DNA of 64,000 nt from an uncultured cyanobacterium (GTDB lineage: Bacteria; Cyanobacteriota; Cyanobacteriia; Cyanobacteriales; CAWUOF01): the NCBI GenBank assembly GCA_963744145.1, contig CAVUSO010000001.1:352001-416000 (forward strand). The letters run 5' to 3'. Within the stretch, counting starts at the first letter, position 1. Each line of letters begins with the position of its first letter. The translations under genes and the position numbers were made by a program. The notes under the pieces were generated by a model that was not told where the DNA came from, made no database searches, and saw only the letters and a list, made by a program, of their open reading frames with translations. Below are positions 40,301 to 50,598 of this stretch, one piece after another.

Positions 40301-42290
40301 GAGATTGACTACCTTGGGATTGACTACCCTGAGATTGACTACCTTGAGATTGACTACCCTGAGATTGACTACCTTGAGATTGATTACCTTGGGATTGACT
40401 ACCCTGAGATTGACTACCTTGGGATTGACTACCTTGAGATTGATTACCTTGGGATTGACTACCCTGAGATTGACTACCTTGGGATTGATTACCTTGAGAT
40501 TGAGATTGACTATTCTGAGAAGATGGAGATGGAGATGGAGATGGAGTTGGAGTTGGAGATGGAGATGGGGTTGGAGATTGAGTTGTATCTGGAGCAATCC
40601 CTGGACCTGGATCTATAATTTTTGGTGGAGCTGGTGGTGGAAGGGAGTCTGGGTTGTTAATACCATTAGTAATAGTAATATGATTACCGGTAATAGCAAT
40701 TAACTGACTAGGATTATTATTAATTGCTAAAATTTCAATATTCCCAGGTGCAGTCATTACTATCGGACCACCCCCATCTGGAATATAAATCTTCCCAACG
40801 CTAATTGTATTACCAGAAAGGGGATTTTCCGTAAAATTTGTGCCGCCTAATTCATCTTTGGAACCAGTAGGAGGATTATCTAAAGTTGTACGACCTGCTC
40901 GTATAACTAGTCCAGGTTGAGTATTTAAAGCATACTTGATTACATCAGGATCGTTAGTAGAAATTGAGCTATCTGGACTGGTAATAGTAATATTCCCACC
41001 GATGATTTGTCCACGAGCTTCTATTTTCAGTGAAGACCCAACATAGTCACCAAATGCAATAAATCCATCAGAACTGATGATTGGATCATACTTACTCTCA
41101 AATTGTCCTGGTTGTCCGTTTAGATTCGTAATCGAAAAATTCCCCCCACTACTAAAATGAGCATCTCCGGAAATAATCCCATTACTTACTAAACTAAAAT
41201 CACCTCCACTTTGTAATGGTGTTTCGGGATGGTTTAATGCTAAAATGTCAATACTGTTGTTACCTTGAATGAGCAAATTTCCCCCAGCTTTAGCTAGAAA
41301 GGGTTCGGTCACGCTATCCCGGATCGTGACTGTATTGTTAGCTAACAGATTTAAGTCTCCGGTTGTGAAAATTTGGCTTTCGGGTAAGGTAAGATTATGT
41401 GCAGCGAAAAGATTAGCTGTCTGGGTACTAAGATTTTTAACAACAACATCTCCATTGATAATTTGTAATCCTGAACCGCTTAACACAACTTCACCCTGTG
41501 CGTTAACTGTTACTCCTGTAGCATGACTACTATTACCCCCTGTTAGTAATTGGGGTAAGCTCACACCCTCTGTCTTAGCACTAGATATTTGTACATCCAG
41601 GCTTAATATATGGTTAGGTTCACTAATTCTGAAAATATTTTCACCCGGAACACTGGTAATGTTAACTTCTCCCTCTGGAGCGCTGAGGTTTCCGGTACTG
41701 ATGATTGTCCCACCAATTAGGTTTAAATTTTGTCCAGATTTAACGGTTAAGTTCCCCGTATTAATAATGCTTCCAGGGTTCAAGCTATTGAAAATAAAAC
41801 CATTGGGATTTCCGTTGAGGATTTGATAATTATTTACTCCATTGGTATTAAACCAGTTGCTCCCAAATCCAATCCCATTCGCAGTGGTCGCAGTGAAACT
41901 AGCAGGAACGTTTAAACTCCCATTCGCTCCAAATACTATCCCTCCAGGGTTTATTAAAAATAAGTTAGAATTTCCTCCCGTAACTTGAATTAACCCGTTA
42001 ATGATGGAGGGATTGCTGCTACTTATTCTACCAAGAATATTTTTAATTGTTGGATTTGATTGAAAATTTGCTATTTGTCCTGCATCTAGATTAAATTTTG
42101 TAAAGCTGTGAAAAAGATTAGTTTTATCCCCGGAAAGTTGCCCTCCACGGATGTTTAATTGATTCCCAACGGAATTAACAACCGTATTTGTGCCATCATG
42201 GGCAGGGATGATTGATTGAGCTAGTACCCAAGGACAAAAAGCTAGACTAAATATAGGTAGTGGAGCCAGAAATAGCAGAATTTGGTTCAT
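37332..42290 (-). CDS. FHA/TPS N-terminal domain + Q/N/S-rich repeat + CHAT peptidase fusion
   Basis: NLFHSFTKF, NPGGI, (SQGNQ)n tract, HLATHGEF, LSACRTA. Confidence 0.92.
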   Translation of the reverse strand: MNQILLFLAPLPIFSLAFCPWVLAQSIIPAHDGTNTVVNSVGNQLNIRGGQLSGDKTNLFHSFTKFNLDAGQIANFQSNPTIKNILGRISSSNPSIINGLIQVTGGNSNLFLINPGGIVFGANGSLNVPASFTATTANGIGFGSNWFNTNGVNNYQILNGNPNGFIFNSLNPGSIINTGNLTVKSGQNLNLIGGTIISTGNLSAPEGEVNITSVPGENIFRISEPNHILSLDVQISSAKTEGVSLPQLLTGGNSSHATGVTVNAQGEVVLSGSGLQIINGDVVVKNLSTQTANLFAAHNLTLPESQIFTTGDLNLLANNTVTIRDSVTEPFLAKAGGNLLIQGNNSIDILALNHPETPLQSGGDFSLVSNGIISGDAHFSSGGNFSITNLNGQPGQFESKYDPIISSDGFIAFGDYVGSSLKIEARGQIIGGNITITSPDSSISTNDPDVIKYALNTQPGLVIRAGRTTLDNPPTGSKDELGGTNFTENPLSGNTISVGKIYIPDGGGPIVMTAPGNIEILAINNNPSQLIAITGNHITITNGINNPDSLPPPAPPKIIDPGPGIAPDTTQSPTPSPSPTPTPSPSPSPSSQNSQSQSQGNQSQGSQSQGSQSQGNQSQGSQSQGSQSQGSQSQGNQSQGSQSQGSQSQGSQSQGSQSQGSQSQGSQSQGNQSQGNQSQGNQSQGNQSQGNQSQGNQSQGNQSQGNQSQGNQSQSNQSQGNQSQGNQSQGNQSQGNQSQGNQSQGNQSQGNQSQGNQSQGNQSQGNQSQGNQSQFQGNQPQGNQSQGNQSQGNQPQGNQSQGNQFQSQGNQPQVNQSPSQVNQPQGNQSQSQVNQPQVNQFQGNQSQSQVNQPQVNQFQGNQSQSQVNQPQVNQSQFQGNQPQVNQFQGNQSQSQVNQPQGNQSQFQGNQPQGNQSQFQGNQPQGNQSQSQGNQPQGNQSQFQVNQPQVNQSQSQVNQPQVNQSQSQVNQPQVNQFQGNQSQSQVNQPQVNQFQGNQPQVNQSQSQVNQSQGNQSQFQGNQSQGNRSQPQSNQSKSLLLNSQSQSSHSDQPQSSHSDQPQSSQSDQPQSSHSDQPQSSQSDQSQSSHSDQPQSSQSGELSKSQSSQSQPVQSQSQPVQSQSQPVQSQSQPVQSQSQPVQSQQLSPSQTQLSHSQSENQTWQSSQVQSLQIPQTQILQIPSTQSLQIPQTQSLQIPSTQSLQPQPSAIAISSPSSTPTPTPTPTPTSSLGIVSNPVSSATFSNTSINSTIDISNPVKAIPQIESIRSQELGGLLGKNFSEVMTNKNIHDSLTNIYSQTGIKPALFYTIVLPDQLQLVLVTADGKSMVKSVPISDQILMPMIQRFRYEVTSPTRRNTTTYLASSQQLYKWLIAPIEKELQAQGIKLLLFSMDSGLRSLPIAALHDGKNFLIEKYSIGLIPSLSLTDTSYKDIRNSQVLAMGASEFKEQSPLPSVPAELSSILKNWSGKSFLNKDFTLEKLRNQRASGNFDIVHLATHGEFQPGVAKNSYIQFSDTRLTLDQIQQLQLNHPTTQLLVLSACRTALEDDRTELGFAGLSVQAGVKSVLASLWYVSDEGTLALMSEFYRQLKIVPIKSEALRQAQISMIQKKITIDSGVIRGEGGDVSLPSQLGNLEKSNLAHPYYWSGFTMIGSPW
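38690..40570 (-). repeat. Compound coding repeat: 15-nt SQGSQ/SQGNQ/PQVNQ units followed by 24-, 21- and 24-nt units
   Basis: TTGATTACCTTGGGA-type units on the + strand over more than 1.2 kb. Confidence 0.95.
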
Positions 42291-42561
42291 ATTTTTTTTT
42301 AAAATAAAGTTTCTTTGCCTATGCTCATTATTAGTATACCGCTCTTTAATTTAATTTTAGTAAAATTTAGTACATCTTTATATTGATTAGCCAGAGATAT
42401 TTTTCTACTACTCATCAGAGTATTCTATCATAAAAAAATAAATTCTTTTTTAAAGATTATGTAAAGTTTTTAAACAGCTAACCGCATCGTCAGGCACTAA
42501 TTTTCGACTAAATTCCCGAGCGATCGCCAAAATCAGGGGTGATACCCCTCGGGTCAATTAG

Positions 42562-45500
42562 CTACCAAGGACTTCCAATCATGGTAAATCCTGACCAATA
42601 ATAGGGATGAGCTAAATTAGATTCTTTCATATTATGTAGTTGGGATGGTAAAGATAAATCACCAGTTTCTCCACGAATTTTCCCACTATTAATAGTTACT
42701 TTTTTCTGAATCATGGAGATTTGTGCTTGACGTAGGACATCAGCTTTAATAGGAACTATTTTCAATTGTCGGTAAAACTCACTCATTAAGGCTAAAGTAC
42801 CTTCATCACTAACATACCAGAGACTGGCTAAAGCAGATTTTACTCCAGCTTGGACACTTAATCCGGCAAAACCTAGCTCAACTTGATCATCTTCAACTGC
42901 TGTGCGACAAGCACTTAGCACTAATAACTCTGTCGGAGGGTTATTTAATTGTAATTGCCGAATCTGGTCGAGAGTTAACTTGGTGTCTGAAAATTGAATA
43001 TAGCTATTTTTAGCGATTCCTGGTTTAAACTCTCCATGAGTAGCTAAATGCACAATTTCAAAAGCACCAGAGGAATGTTGATGTTGCAATTTTTCTAAAG
43101 TAAAGTCTTGATTTAAAAAAGATTTACCAGGCCAATTTTGGAGAATTGATGACAATTCAGTTGGCACCGCAGGTAGAGCATTTTGTTCTTTAAATATGCT
43201 CGCTCCCATGGCCAGCACTTGAGAATTTCTAATATCTTTATAGCTAGTATCAGTTAAACTGAAGCTAGGAATCAAGCCAATACTATATTTTTCCACTAAA
43301 AAATGTTTGCCATCATGCAAAGCGGCGATCGGCAAAGAACGCAAACCACTATCCATACTAAATAGTAAAGTCGTAATACCCTGTGATTGCAATTCTGGTT
43401 CTAAAGGGGCAATCAGCCACTGATAAAGTTGTTGAGCATATTGCAAGTAGCTAGTTAAATTGCGCTGTGAAGGAGCAGTTATTTCATTACGAAATTGTTG
43501 TACTATTGGCAGTAAAGTATCTCTCTTCACGGGAATGCTTTTCACCACAAATTTGCCTTCTGCTGTTACTAATACAAGTTGTAATTGATTGGGCAAAATA
43601 TTTGTATAAATTAAAGCTGGTTTAATCCCAACTTGAGAGTGAATTTTTCTCAAAGATTCACGGATATTTTCAGTAGTGAGCGTTTGACTAAAGTCTTTAC
43701 CTAAGAAACCACCTAATTCTTGACCACGCATTAATTCGATTTGCGGGATCGCACTATTGAGATTATTTGCATCAATCGGATGGTTGACAGGTGCTTGAAC
43801 ATTGATTGAATTAGATACTGAGGTTGATGTGGGCGCAGGTGCTGGTGTGGGCGCAGGTGCTGGTGTGGATGCAGGTGCTGGTGTGGATGCAGGTGCTGTT
43901 AATAGAACTGGAGTCGAGGGCAAAGATAAAGTTGAAACCTGTGTTTGCACTGATGTTGTTGGTACTAGGGTCTGAGGTGGTGCTGGAACACTAGGTGGTA
44001 AAGTCCCATTTTGTGGATTAGGAGTACCCGATGGTGGTGGATTAGAAGTACCCGATGGTGGTGGATTAGAAGTACCTGGTAGTGGTGGATTAGGAGTACC
44101 CGATGGTGGTGGATTAGAAGTACCTGGTAGTGGTGAATTAGGAGTACCCGATGGTGGTGGATTAGAAGTACCTGGTAGTGGTGGATTAGGAGTACCCGAT
44201 GGTGGTGGATTAGAAGTACCTGGTAGTGGTGAATTAGGAGTACCCGATGGTGGTGAATTAGGAGTACCCGATGGTGGTGAATTAGGAGTACCCGATGGTG
44301 GTGAATTAGGAGTACCCGATGGTGGTGGAGTTGGATTTATCCCACCATTGTTATTAGCAATATTAGAATTAGTCGTACCGTTAATAATATTAACAGTAGC
44401 ATTGGTACTCGTAACATTAGGCTGACTACTATTATTTATAATTGATAATGCTTGAATATTACCAGGTGCTGAAATTATCACAGGACCGCCAGGATTAGGA
44501 ATATTAACATTACCGATATTTACAGTATTGCCAGATCCTGGACTATTGCTAAAATTAACTCCTCCCACGCCATTTTGAGGTACATTGGGAGGATTATCTA
44601 AAGTTACAAGTCCAGCTCGCAAAACTAATCCAGGTTGATTATTTAAACTGTAAGCTATGACATCAGGATCATTACTATTAATTAATTGATCTGGACCAGT
44701 AATAGTAATATTTCCACCTGTGATTTTGCCAGTAGCTTCGATTTTTAGCGAAGCTCCATTATAATCACCAAAAGTAACATCTCCATTAGCACTAATAATT
44801 GGATCAAAAATACTAATAGATTTACCTGGTTCTCCCATTAGGTTAGTAATCGAAAAATTTCTCCCACTGCTAAAGTGAGCATCGACCGAGATATTACCAT
44901 TACTAACTAAACTAAAATTACCGTTACTTTGTAATGGAGTTTGAGGATGATTTAATGCTAGGATGTCAATTCCATTATTACCTTGAATGAGAAAATCTCC
45001 CCCTGATTTGGCTAGAAAAGATTGGGTAATAGTATCGCGAATTGTTACTGTATTTTGCGCTAAAAGATTCAAGTCTCCAGTTGTAATCAGTTGACTTTCT
45101 AATAGGCTTAGATTATGATTTGCGGAAATAGTAGCTGTTTGAGAAGTAAGATTTTTAACAACAATGTCTCCATAATTAATCGGAATATCTGAACCCGTTA
45201 ATACTATTTCACCCTGATTATTAATCTTTACATTTATAACATCATTATAATTACCACCGGTTAGTAATTTTGGTAAATTTACAGGAGTTAGAATTTGATT
45301 AGTCAGTGGAATATCCAGACTTAATATATGGTAAGGTTGACTAATATTAATTCTATTCGTACCAGGAATACTAGCGATCGTAATTTGTCCACCAGGAGCA
45401 TTTAAGTTGCCAGTGCTGATAATTGTCCCACCTAATAAGTTTAAATCTTGCCCAGGTTTAACAGTTAAGTTACCCCCATTGATGATCGTCTCAGGTTGTA

Positions 45501-46005
45501 AGCTTGTGAAAATAAAAGCACTAGGATTTCCTGATAATAATTGATAATTATTAGTTCCATTAGTATTAAACCAATTGTTCCCAAAAGCTATTCCATTTGC
45601 CGTAGTAGCAGTAAAAGCAGCAGGTAAGTTTAAACTAGCATTTTTTCCAAATAATATACCCGCTGGATTGATTAAAAATAAGTTAGCATTACCACCAGTT
45701 ACTTGAATTAAACCATTAATAATTGATGGACTTCCCGTAACTCGGCTTAAGATATTTTGGATATTTGGATTTACTTGAAAATTGGCAATTTGACCAGGAT
45801 TAAGGTTAAATTTATTAAAACTATGAAAAAGATTATTTTTATCCCCAGAAAGCTGTCCCCCAGAGATATTAAATTGTTGACCAACGGGACTGACGATCGT
45901 GTTGCTCCCATCATTTGCTGGTATTATAGGTTGTGCTAATACCGGAGCAAATAAGGTAACACTATATACATATATTCCAATTTGGATCAGAATAAATCGT
46001 TTCAT
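42562..46005 (-). CDS. FHA/TPS N-terminal domain + Pro-rich repeat + CHAT peptidase fusion
   Basis: NLFHSFNKF, NPAGI, (PPSGTPNS)n, HLATHGEF, LSACRTA. Confidence 0.92.
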   Translation of the reverse strand: MKRFILIQIGIYVYSVTLFAPVLAQPIIPANDGSNTIVSPVGQQFNISGGQLSGDKNNLFHSFNKFNLNPGQIANFQVNPNIQNILSRVTGSPSIINGLIQVTGGNANLFLINPAGILFGKNASLNLPAAFTATTANGIAFGNNWFNTNGTNNYQLLSGNPSAFIFTSLQPETIINGGNLTVKPGQDLNLLGGTIISTGNLNAPGGQITIASIPGTNRINISQPYHILSLDIPLTNQILTPVNLPKLLTGGNYNDVINVKINNQGEIVLTGSDIPINYGDIVVKNLTSQTATISANHNLSLLESQLITTGDLNLLAQNTVTIRDTITQSFLAKSGGDFLIQGNNGIDILALNHPQTPLQSNGNFSLVSNGNISVDAHFSSGRNFSITNLMGEPGKSISIFDPIISANGDVTFGDYNGASLKIEATGKITGGNITITGPDQLINSNDPDVIAYSLNNQPGLVLRAGLVTLDNPPNVPQNGVGGVNFSNSPGSGNTVNIGNVNIPNPGGPVIISAPGNIQALSIINNSSQPNVTSTNATVNIINGTTNSNIANNNGGINPTPPPSGTPNSPPSGTPNSPPSGTPNSPPSGTPNSPLPGTSNPPPSGTPNPPLPGTSNPPPSGTPNSPLPGTSNPPPSGTPNPPLPGTSNPPPSGTSNPPPSGTPNPQNGTLPPSVPAPPQTLVPTTSVQTQVSTLSLPSTPVLLTAPASTPAPASTPAPAPTPAPAPTSTSVSNSINVQAPVNHPIDANNLNSAIPQIELMRGQELGGFLGKDFSQTLTTENIRESLRKIHSQVGIKPALIYTNILPNQLQLVLVTAEGKFVVKSIPVKRDTLLPIVQQFRNEITAPSQRNLTSYLQYAQQLYQWLIAPLEPELQSQGITTLLFSMDSGLRSLPIAALHDGKHFLVEKYSIGLIPSFSLTDTSYKDIRNSQVLAMGASIFKEQNALPAVPTELSSILQNWPGKSFLNQDFTLEKLQHQHSSGAFEIVHLATHGEFKPGIAKNSYIQFSDTKLTLDQIRQLQLNNPPTELLVLSACRTAVEDDQVELGFAGLSVQAGVKSALASLWYVSDEGTLALMSEFYRQLKIVPIKADVLRQAQISMIQKKVTINSGKIRGETGDLSLPSQLHNMKESNLAHPYYWSGFTMIGSPW
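44015..44330 (-). repeat. Coding 24-nt tandem repeat (PPSGTPNS/PLPGTSNP)
   Basis: GGAGTACCCGATGGTGGTGAATTA-type units. Confidence 0.9.
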
Positions 46006-46284
46006 AGTTATTTGCTCTTAGAAAAAGGCTTTTGTGGGACAGACATCTTGTCTGTCTTAGTTATTTTGGCAAGAATATCTATAGATATACTTGATTTTAA
46101 TTATAGCTAGTTTAAATAATCTCATGTCAAGGCGATCGCCATTGCTGATGAATGAGAGTTGGCTCAAAACAATACTCTCGCTCAAATTAAATATTGAACA
46201 CCGATCGCCATAAAAGTTATTGGGTGAATAGCTCTTGATTCCAATTCAGATGTAAAGAGAACAGAGCATCGTTGACGAGAGAGA

Positions 46285-48090
46285 TTAATCTACTACAAAA
46301 CTATAGATTTTTTGGGTTTCTAACTGGTCAGATAGCGTGGTAAACAACTGGGAAACTGGTAAAACTTTTCGCGCTAACTTCATCTGTAACCCAATCAAAG
46401 GATCGGAACCTGTAGATATCAGGAATTCTAGCTTGTGCAAATAGGACCAAGTGACTAAATCAGCAAAAATGGTTTTAATCGCTTGTAAATAGGGATGACT
46501 AGAATAAGTATACCAATCTGGTGTAGTTAAGTGTGGTTGATCTAAACCAAAATGAACAATCAAAGAGGGACTACCAAACAAAGCGATCGCGACTGGTCTA
46601 GCTTCTTCCCGCAATAATAAATCGTGATTTCTGACTAAATGGCGCAATTTTTCTAATCGCTCATAACGTTCTTGAGCATTCCCTAGGGAAGTGCTAGTTT
46701 GAGGAATATCCTGCCAATATATTGCCACTGTGACTAAATAAGTCTGTAACAACAGATGACCGAGTTTTTCGGCTTTTGTGGCTAGGTATGTACAATTAAA
46801 AGGATTAGTTTCAATTAATAAAGGTACGCGATCGACTATTTCCAAGCCATAGCCTTTCAACCCAGCAATTTTGCGCGGGTTATTCGTAATCAAACGAATC
46901 TGACTTACCCCTAAATCATTGAGAATTTGCGCTCCAATCCCATAGTTTCGCAAATCCGCCGGAAACCCTAGCATTTCATTAGCTTCGACGGTATCCATAC
47001 CCAAATCTTGCAGCGAATAAGCTTTTAATTTATTAATTAAACCGATCCCCCGACCTTCTTGACGGAGATAAACTACAATCCCAGCCCCAGCATTTTCAAT
47101 CATCTTCAACGCTGCTTGGAGTTGCATTCGACAGTCACACCGAAGCGATCCTAAAGCATCACCTGTTAGACATTCTGAATGCACTCTTACCATCACTGGC
47201 TGATTGAGAAAATCCTTGGGTTTTCCTTTAACAATGGCAACGTGTTCTGTATCATCTTGGGTATTGCGATAACCATAAATTTGGAAACTACCAAACTGAG
47301 TCGGTAATTCTGCTACTGTTTCCCGACGCACAAATCGGTCGTATCGTAATCGGTAACTAATCAAGTCGGCAATACTGACAATTTTTAGCTGGTGAGTGCG
47401 GGAATATTCAATCAGTTCTGGTAGCCGGGCCATTGAACCATCCGGATTTTGAATTTCACAAATCACTCCGGCTGGATATAAACTAGCTAATCTAGCTAAA
47501 TCTACCGCAGCTTCGGTATGACCAGCACGTTTCAATACTCCACCTTCTCTCGCTCGCAGGGGGAATATATGTCCCGGTCGTTTTAAGTCCCAAGGATGGG
47601 TATTCGGGTCGATCGCTGCTTGAATAGTTCGGGCTCGGTCTTCTGCTGAAATCCCTGTAGTAATTCCGAAACGACTAGAAGCATCAATACTAACTGTAAA
47701 AGCAGTTTGATTGCTGTCCGTATTGTTACTGACCATTAAGGGGAGTTCTAAAGCATCCAAGCGATCGCCATTCATCGCCAAGCAAATTAGTCCCCTTCCA
47801 TAGACAGCCATGAAGTTAATCAGATCCGGTGTCGCAAATTGTGCGGCACAAATTAGATCTCCTTCATTTTCGCGACTTTCGTCATCTACCACTACTACAG
47901 CTCGACCTGCTTTAAGATCAGCTAGGGCAGCATCGATCGAATCAAATGCAAATTTTTCAGTTGATGGGTTTTTCGACGCACTCACAGACAAGGTTTTGGT
48001 CAATCCTTTGTAAAGTTTTATAAAGGCTATATGTTTAATGATTGTAGCTTGTTCCAATCCGATCATGTTTCTTACTTTCAGAACAGACAA
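46285..48090 (-). CDS. ribBA: Bifunctional DHBP synthase / GTP cyclohydrolase II (true start probably near 47990)
   Basis: [35 protein letters not shown] and QEGRGIGL motifs; cyanobacterial C-terminal extension. Confidence 0.97.
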   Translation of the reverse strand: MSVLKVRNMIGLEQATIIKHIAFIKLYKGLTKTLSVSASKNPSTEKFAFDSIDAALADLKAGRAVVVVDDESRENEGDLICAAQFATPDLINFMAVYGRGLICLAMNGDRLDALELPLMVSNNTDSNQTAFTVSIDASSRFGITTGISAEDRARTIQAAIDPNTHPWDLKRPGHIFPLRAREGGVLKRAGHTEAAVDLARLASLYPAGVICEIQNPDGSMARLPELIEYSRTHQLKIVSIADLISYRLRYDRFVRRETVAELPTQFGSFQIYGYRNTQDDTEHVAIVKGKPKDFLNQPVMVRVHSECLTGDALGSLRCDCRMQLQAALKMIENAGAGIVVYLRQEGRGIGLINKLKAYSLQDLGMDTVEANEMLGFPADLRNYGIGAQILNDLGVSQIRLITNNPRKIAGLKGYGLEIVDRVPLLIETNPFNCTYLATKAEKLGHLLLQTYLVTVAIYWQDIPQTSTSLGNAQERYERLEKLRHLVRNHDLLLREEARPVAIALFGSPSLIVHFGLDQPHLTTPDWYTYSSHPYLQAIKTIFADLVTWSYLHKLEFLISTGSDPLIGLQMKLARKVLPVSQLFTTLSDQLETQKIYSFVVD

Positions 48091-48157
48091 CCTGGGCTAA
48101 AATGCAGCAAAAGTGATCGGCTCTGCTCAGAAATACTATTTAGAGGAAAACATTATT

Positions 48158-49216
48158 ATGGGTGATTCAGAACGTCTGCGGGTAGGAATCGTAGGTGCAT
48201 CAGGCTATGGTGGTGTCCAGTTGGTGCGTCTGCTCATGGATCATCCTCAAGTGGAAGTTACCTATTTAGGAGGAGAAAGTAGTGCAGGTAAACCTTTTAC
48301 TGAGCTTTATCCACATTTGGGTCATTGTGTGAATTTGACCATTCAACCCCTAGATATAGAAAAAATAACTTCTCAATGTGAAGTGGTATTTCTATCTTTA
48401 CCCAATGGGTTAGCTTATGAAATGGCACCAGCTCTATTAGCCAAGGGTTGTAAGGTATTAGATTTATCCGCTGATTATCGGTTTTCTAACTTAGATACTT
48501 ATACCAATTGGTATGGAGCTAAACGTCAAGACCAAGAAGTAGCAGCTACTGCTGTCTATGGTTTACCAGAAATATATCGCGATCGGCTGCGTCAAGCCAA
48601 TTTAGTGGGATGTGCGGGTTGCTATGTAACCGCGAGTCTTTTAGCACTTGCTCCTTTACTCAAACAAGGATTAATTTTACCCGAAACTGCCATCATTGAT
48701 GCCAAATCCGGCACATCGGGAGGTGGTCGTCAGGCCAAAACTAACCTATTATTGGCAGAAGCTGACAGTTCTCTCGGTGCTTATTCAGTAGGAAGACACC
48801 GACATACTCCGGAAATTGAACAAGTCTGTAGTGATTTAGCTGGTCGGGAAGTAATCGTGCAATTTACTCCTCATCTCATCCCCATGGTCAGAGGAATTTT
48901 AGCTACTGTTTACGCTACTCTCTCCGATCCAGGACTAATTCGTGAGGATTTGATTACAATTTTCACAGCTTTTTATCGTTCTTCCCCTTGGGTCAAGATT
49001 TTACCCAGTGGTATATATCCTCAAACTAAATGGGCTTGTGGTACTAACCTTTGTTATATCGGTGTAGAAGTCGATCCCAGGACCGATCGAGTCATTGTGA
49101 TGTCTGCGATCGATAATTTAATTAAAGGTCAAGCTGGTCAAGCCATTCAATGTCTGAATTTGATGATGAACTGGGATGAAACTTTAGGATTACCACAACT
49201 AACTTTTTATCCCTAG
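48158..49216 (+). CDS. argC: N-acetyl-gamma-glutamyl-phosphate reductase
   Basis: GASGYGG, DLSADYR, GCY, SGTSGGG, HRHTPEI and [11 protein letters not shown] motifs. Confidence 0.97.
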   Translation: MGDSERLRVGIVGASGYGGVQLVRLLMDHPQVEVTYLGGESSAGKPFTELYPHLGHCVNLTIQPLDIEKITSQCEVVFLSLPNGLAYEMAPALLAKGCKVLDLSADYRFSNLDTYTNWYGAKRQDQEVAATAVYGLPEIYRDRLRQANLVGCAGCYVTASLLALAPLLKQGLILPETAIIDAKSGTSGGGRQAKTNLLLAEADSSLGAYSVGRHRHTPEIEQVCSDLAGREVIVQFTPHLIPMVRGILATVYATLSDPGLIREDLITIFTAFYRSSPWVKILPSGIYPQTKWACGTNLCYIGVEVDPRTDRVIVMSAIDNLIKGQAGQAIQCLNLMMNWDETLGLPQLTFYP

Positions 49217-49244
49217 TTTTCTGGCGTTGGTGGATATTATTCTT

Positions 49245-49290
49245 TCAGGTGTCAGGTTTTAATCCTGACACCTGAGTTCTTTTTGGTCTA
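49245..49290. terminator. Hairpin between convergent argC and araC; copy 1 of a repeat of about 46 bp
   Basis: TCAGGTGTCAGG-TTTTAAT-CCTGACACCTGA. Confidence 0.65.
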
Positions 49291-49291
49291 A

Positions 49292-50266
49292 CTAGATTAT
49301 TGAACTAGCAGTTTCTCTTAGCCGCTCTACATCGCGCATCGGTGGCGCACCAAAAAGCCGCTTGTACTCGCGGTTAAAGTGGGAGGCATCTTCATAACCT
49401 ACACGATAGGCAGCACTGGTAGCGTCAAGGTTTTCCCCCAGCATTAGACGACGAGCCTCCTGGAGCCGTAGCTGTTTCTGGAACTGCAAGGGACTCATGG
49501 CAGTGACAGACTTGAAGTGATGGTGAAAGCTAGAGACACTCATTCCTAGCTCTTGGGCGATGCTTTCAATGCGAAGCTGCTGGTTGAAGTCTTTACGCAG
49601 TCGATCGATAGCTCTAGCAATGTGGTGGGTGTAACCACCCAGAACTGCAATATGACGGAGCCGACTACCTTGCTCTCCCATCAGGAGTCGGTAAATGATT
49701 TCTCTTGTGACTAGTGGCATCAGAACCTGAGCTTCGGAGGGCGCGTCCAAAAGCCTAACCAGCCTTAATACAGCATCCAGTAGCAGTGTATTCAATGGAC
49801 TCACATCTATCCCTTTTACATTACTACGGCTTTGTGGTGAGGGATAGCCTGCCTCAACCATGACTGAACCGACCAGGGTGGGGTTGAGATCAAGGCGAAG
49901 ACTAAGGTAAGGTTGATGCTTGGATGCTTCCAGAATTTGGCTGACAATTGGCAGCTCGACCGTAGCAAGTAGATAATGGATCGGGTCGTACTGATAGCGA
50001 TCGTTGCCCAGAAGGATTTCTTTACTGCCTTGAGCAATCACACAAAAGGCAGGGATAGAAACACTATGACAGGATTCCGTAGGCCAAGAGGAACGTTTCA
50101 GGTGTAATCCTTTGAGCGGCTCAATCATCCCATCATCACGAATTGCCTGTGCAATCCGTTCAGCCAGTTCATCTCTGTTGGCTTGCACTCTGACAGCCTC
50201 GCGCTTTGCCTGCTGGTCGTTCATTAAATCCACATTGGACTTTTCACTCGTTTTGGCAGCGTTCAT
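49292..50266 (-). CDS. AraC-family regulator (YqhC-like: AraC_N + HTH)
   Basis: CVIAQGSK, MSPLQFQKQLRLQEARRLM and VGYEDASHFNREYKRLFG motifs; start MNAAKT at 50266. Confidence 0.93.
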   Translation of the reverse strand: MNAAKTSEKSNVDLMNDQQAKREAVRVQANRDELAERIAQAIRDDGMIEPLKGLHLKRSSWPTESCHSVSIPAFCVIAQGSKEILLGNDRYQYDPIHYLLATVELPIVSQILEASKHQPYLSLRLDLNPTLVGSVMVEAGYPSPQSRSNVKGIDVSPLNTLLLDAVLRLVRLLDAPSEAQVLMPLVTREIIYRLLMGEQGSRLRHIAVLGGYTHHIARAIDRLRKDFNQQLRIESIAQELGMSVSSFHHHFKSVTAMSPLQFQKQLRLQEARRLMLGENLDATSAAYRVGYEDASHFNREYKRLFGAPPMRDVERLRETASSII

Positions 50267-50592
50267 AAAAATGCTCGGCAAGTGGGAAACTCAGTTCTTT
50301 AGAACTGGGAGGGAAACGGCTCGTGCGGTTTTAACCGCCGTGGATATTGGAAAGGGAGGTAATTTTACCTCCCTTTCCCTCCCTTGCGGGGTGATGTTCG
50401 CTTCGACCTGTTATCTGAGCTTGTTAAGCTTGTAGCACTGTTTCAGTGACCTTAAAACTGTTTAACTACAAGCGACAGAGCGGGGAACTAGCGTCGCATT
50501 CCGAGGTGTCGTGACTCAGATAACGTCTCCCCGTGGGGTCTGGTCAGTACAGCTCTTTCAGAGCTACAGTCCTAAAGGACTGGGTTACTGAC
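50267..50592 (-). mobile_element. Non-autonomous IS200/IS605-superfamily (IscB/IsrB-type) mini-element with no ORF
   Basis: Minus strand begins GTCAGTAACCCAGTCCTTTAGGACTG; matching subterminal hairpin CAGTTCTAAAGAACTG near the other end; followed by ATGAA. Confidence 0.75.
50380..50592 (-). ncRNA. HEARO / omega-RNA-like scaffold
   Basis: Ordered motifs GTCA..ACCC, TGACCAGAC, ACGTT, GACACCT..GAATGC..CGCTAGTTCC..CTCTGTCG, TTAAACAG..AAGGTCACTGAAACAGTG, AACAGGTCGAAGCGAACATCACC match my recollection of cyanobacterial iscB leaders. Confidence 0.75.
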
Positions 50593-50598
50593 TGCTAA

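Noticed and set aside
38606-40703. Long ORFs of 663 aa (-, KVINP repeats) and 503 aa (+, LITLG repeats)
   Set aside because: Shadow frames of the 15-nt repeat inside the FHA-CHAT gene; they begin and end with the repeat
33797-44330. Tandem repeats considered as CRISPR arrays
   Set aside because: No unique spacers, unit lengths are multiples of 3, in frame within CDS, and no cas genes
46100-48160. FMN riboswitch near ribBA
   Set aside because: The upstream gap to divergent argC is short and I see no RFN consensus
50112-50435. 107-aa ORF considered as a remnant IscB/TnpA
   Set aside because: Mostly antisense to araC; no PLMP, RuvC, HNH or HUH motifs
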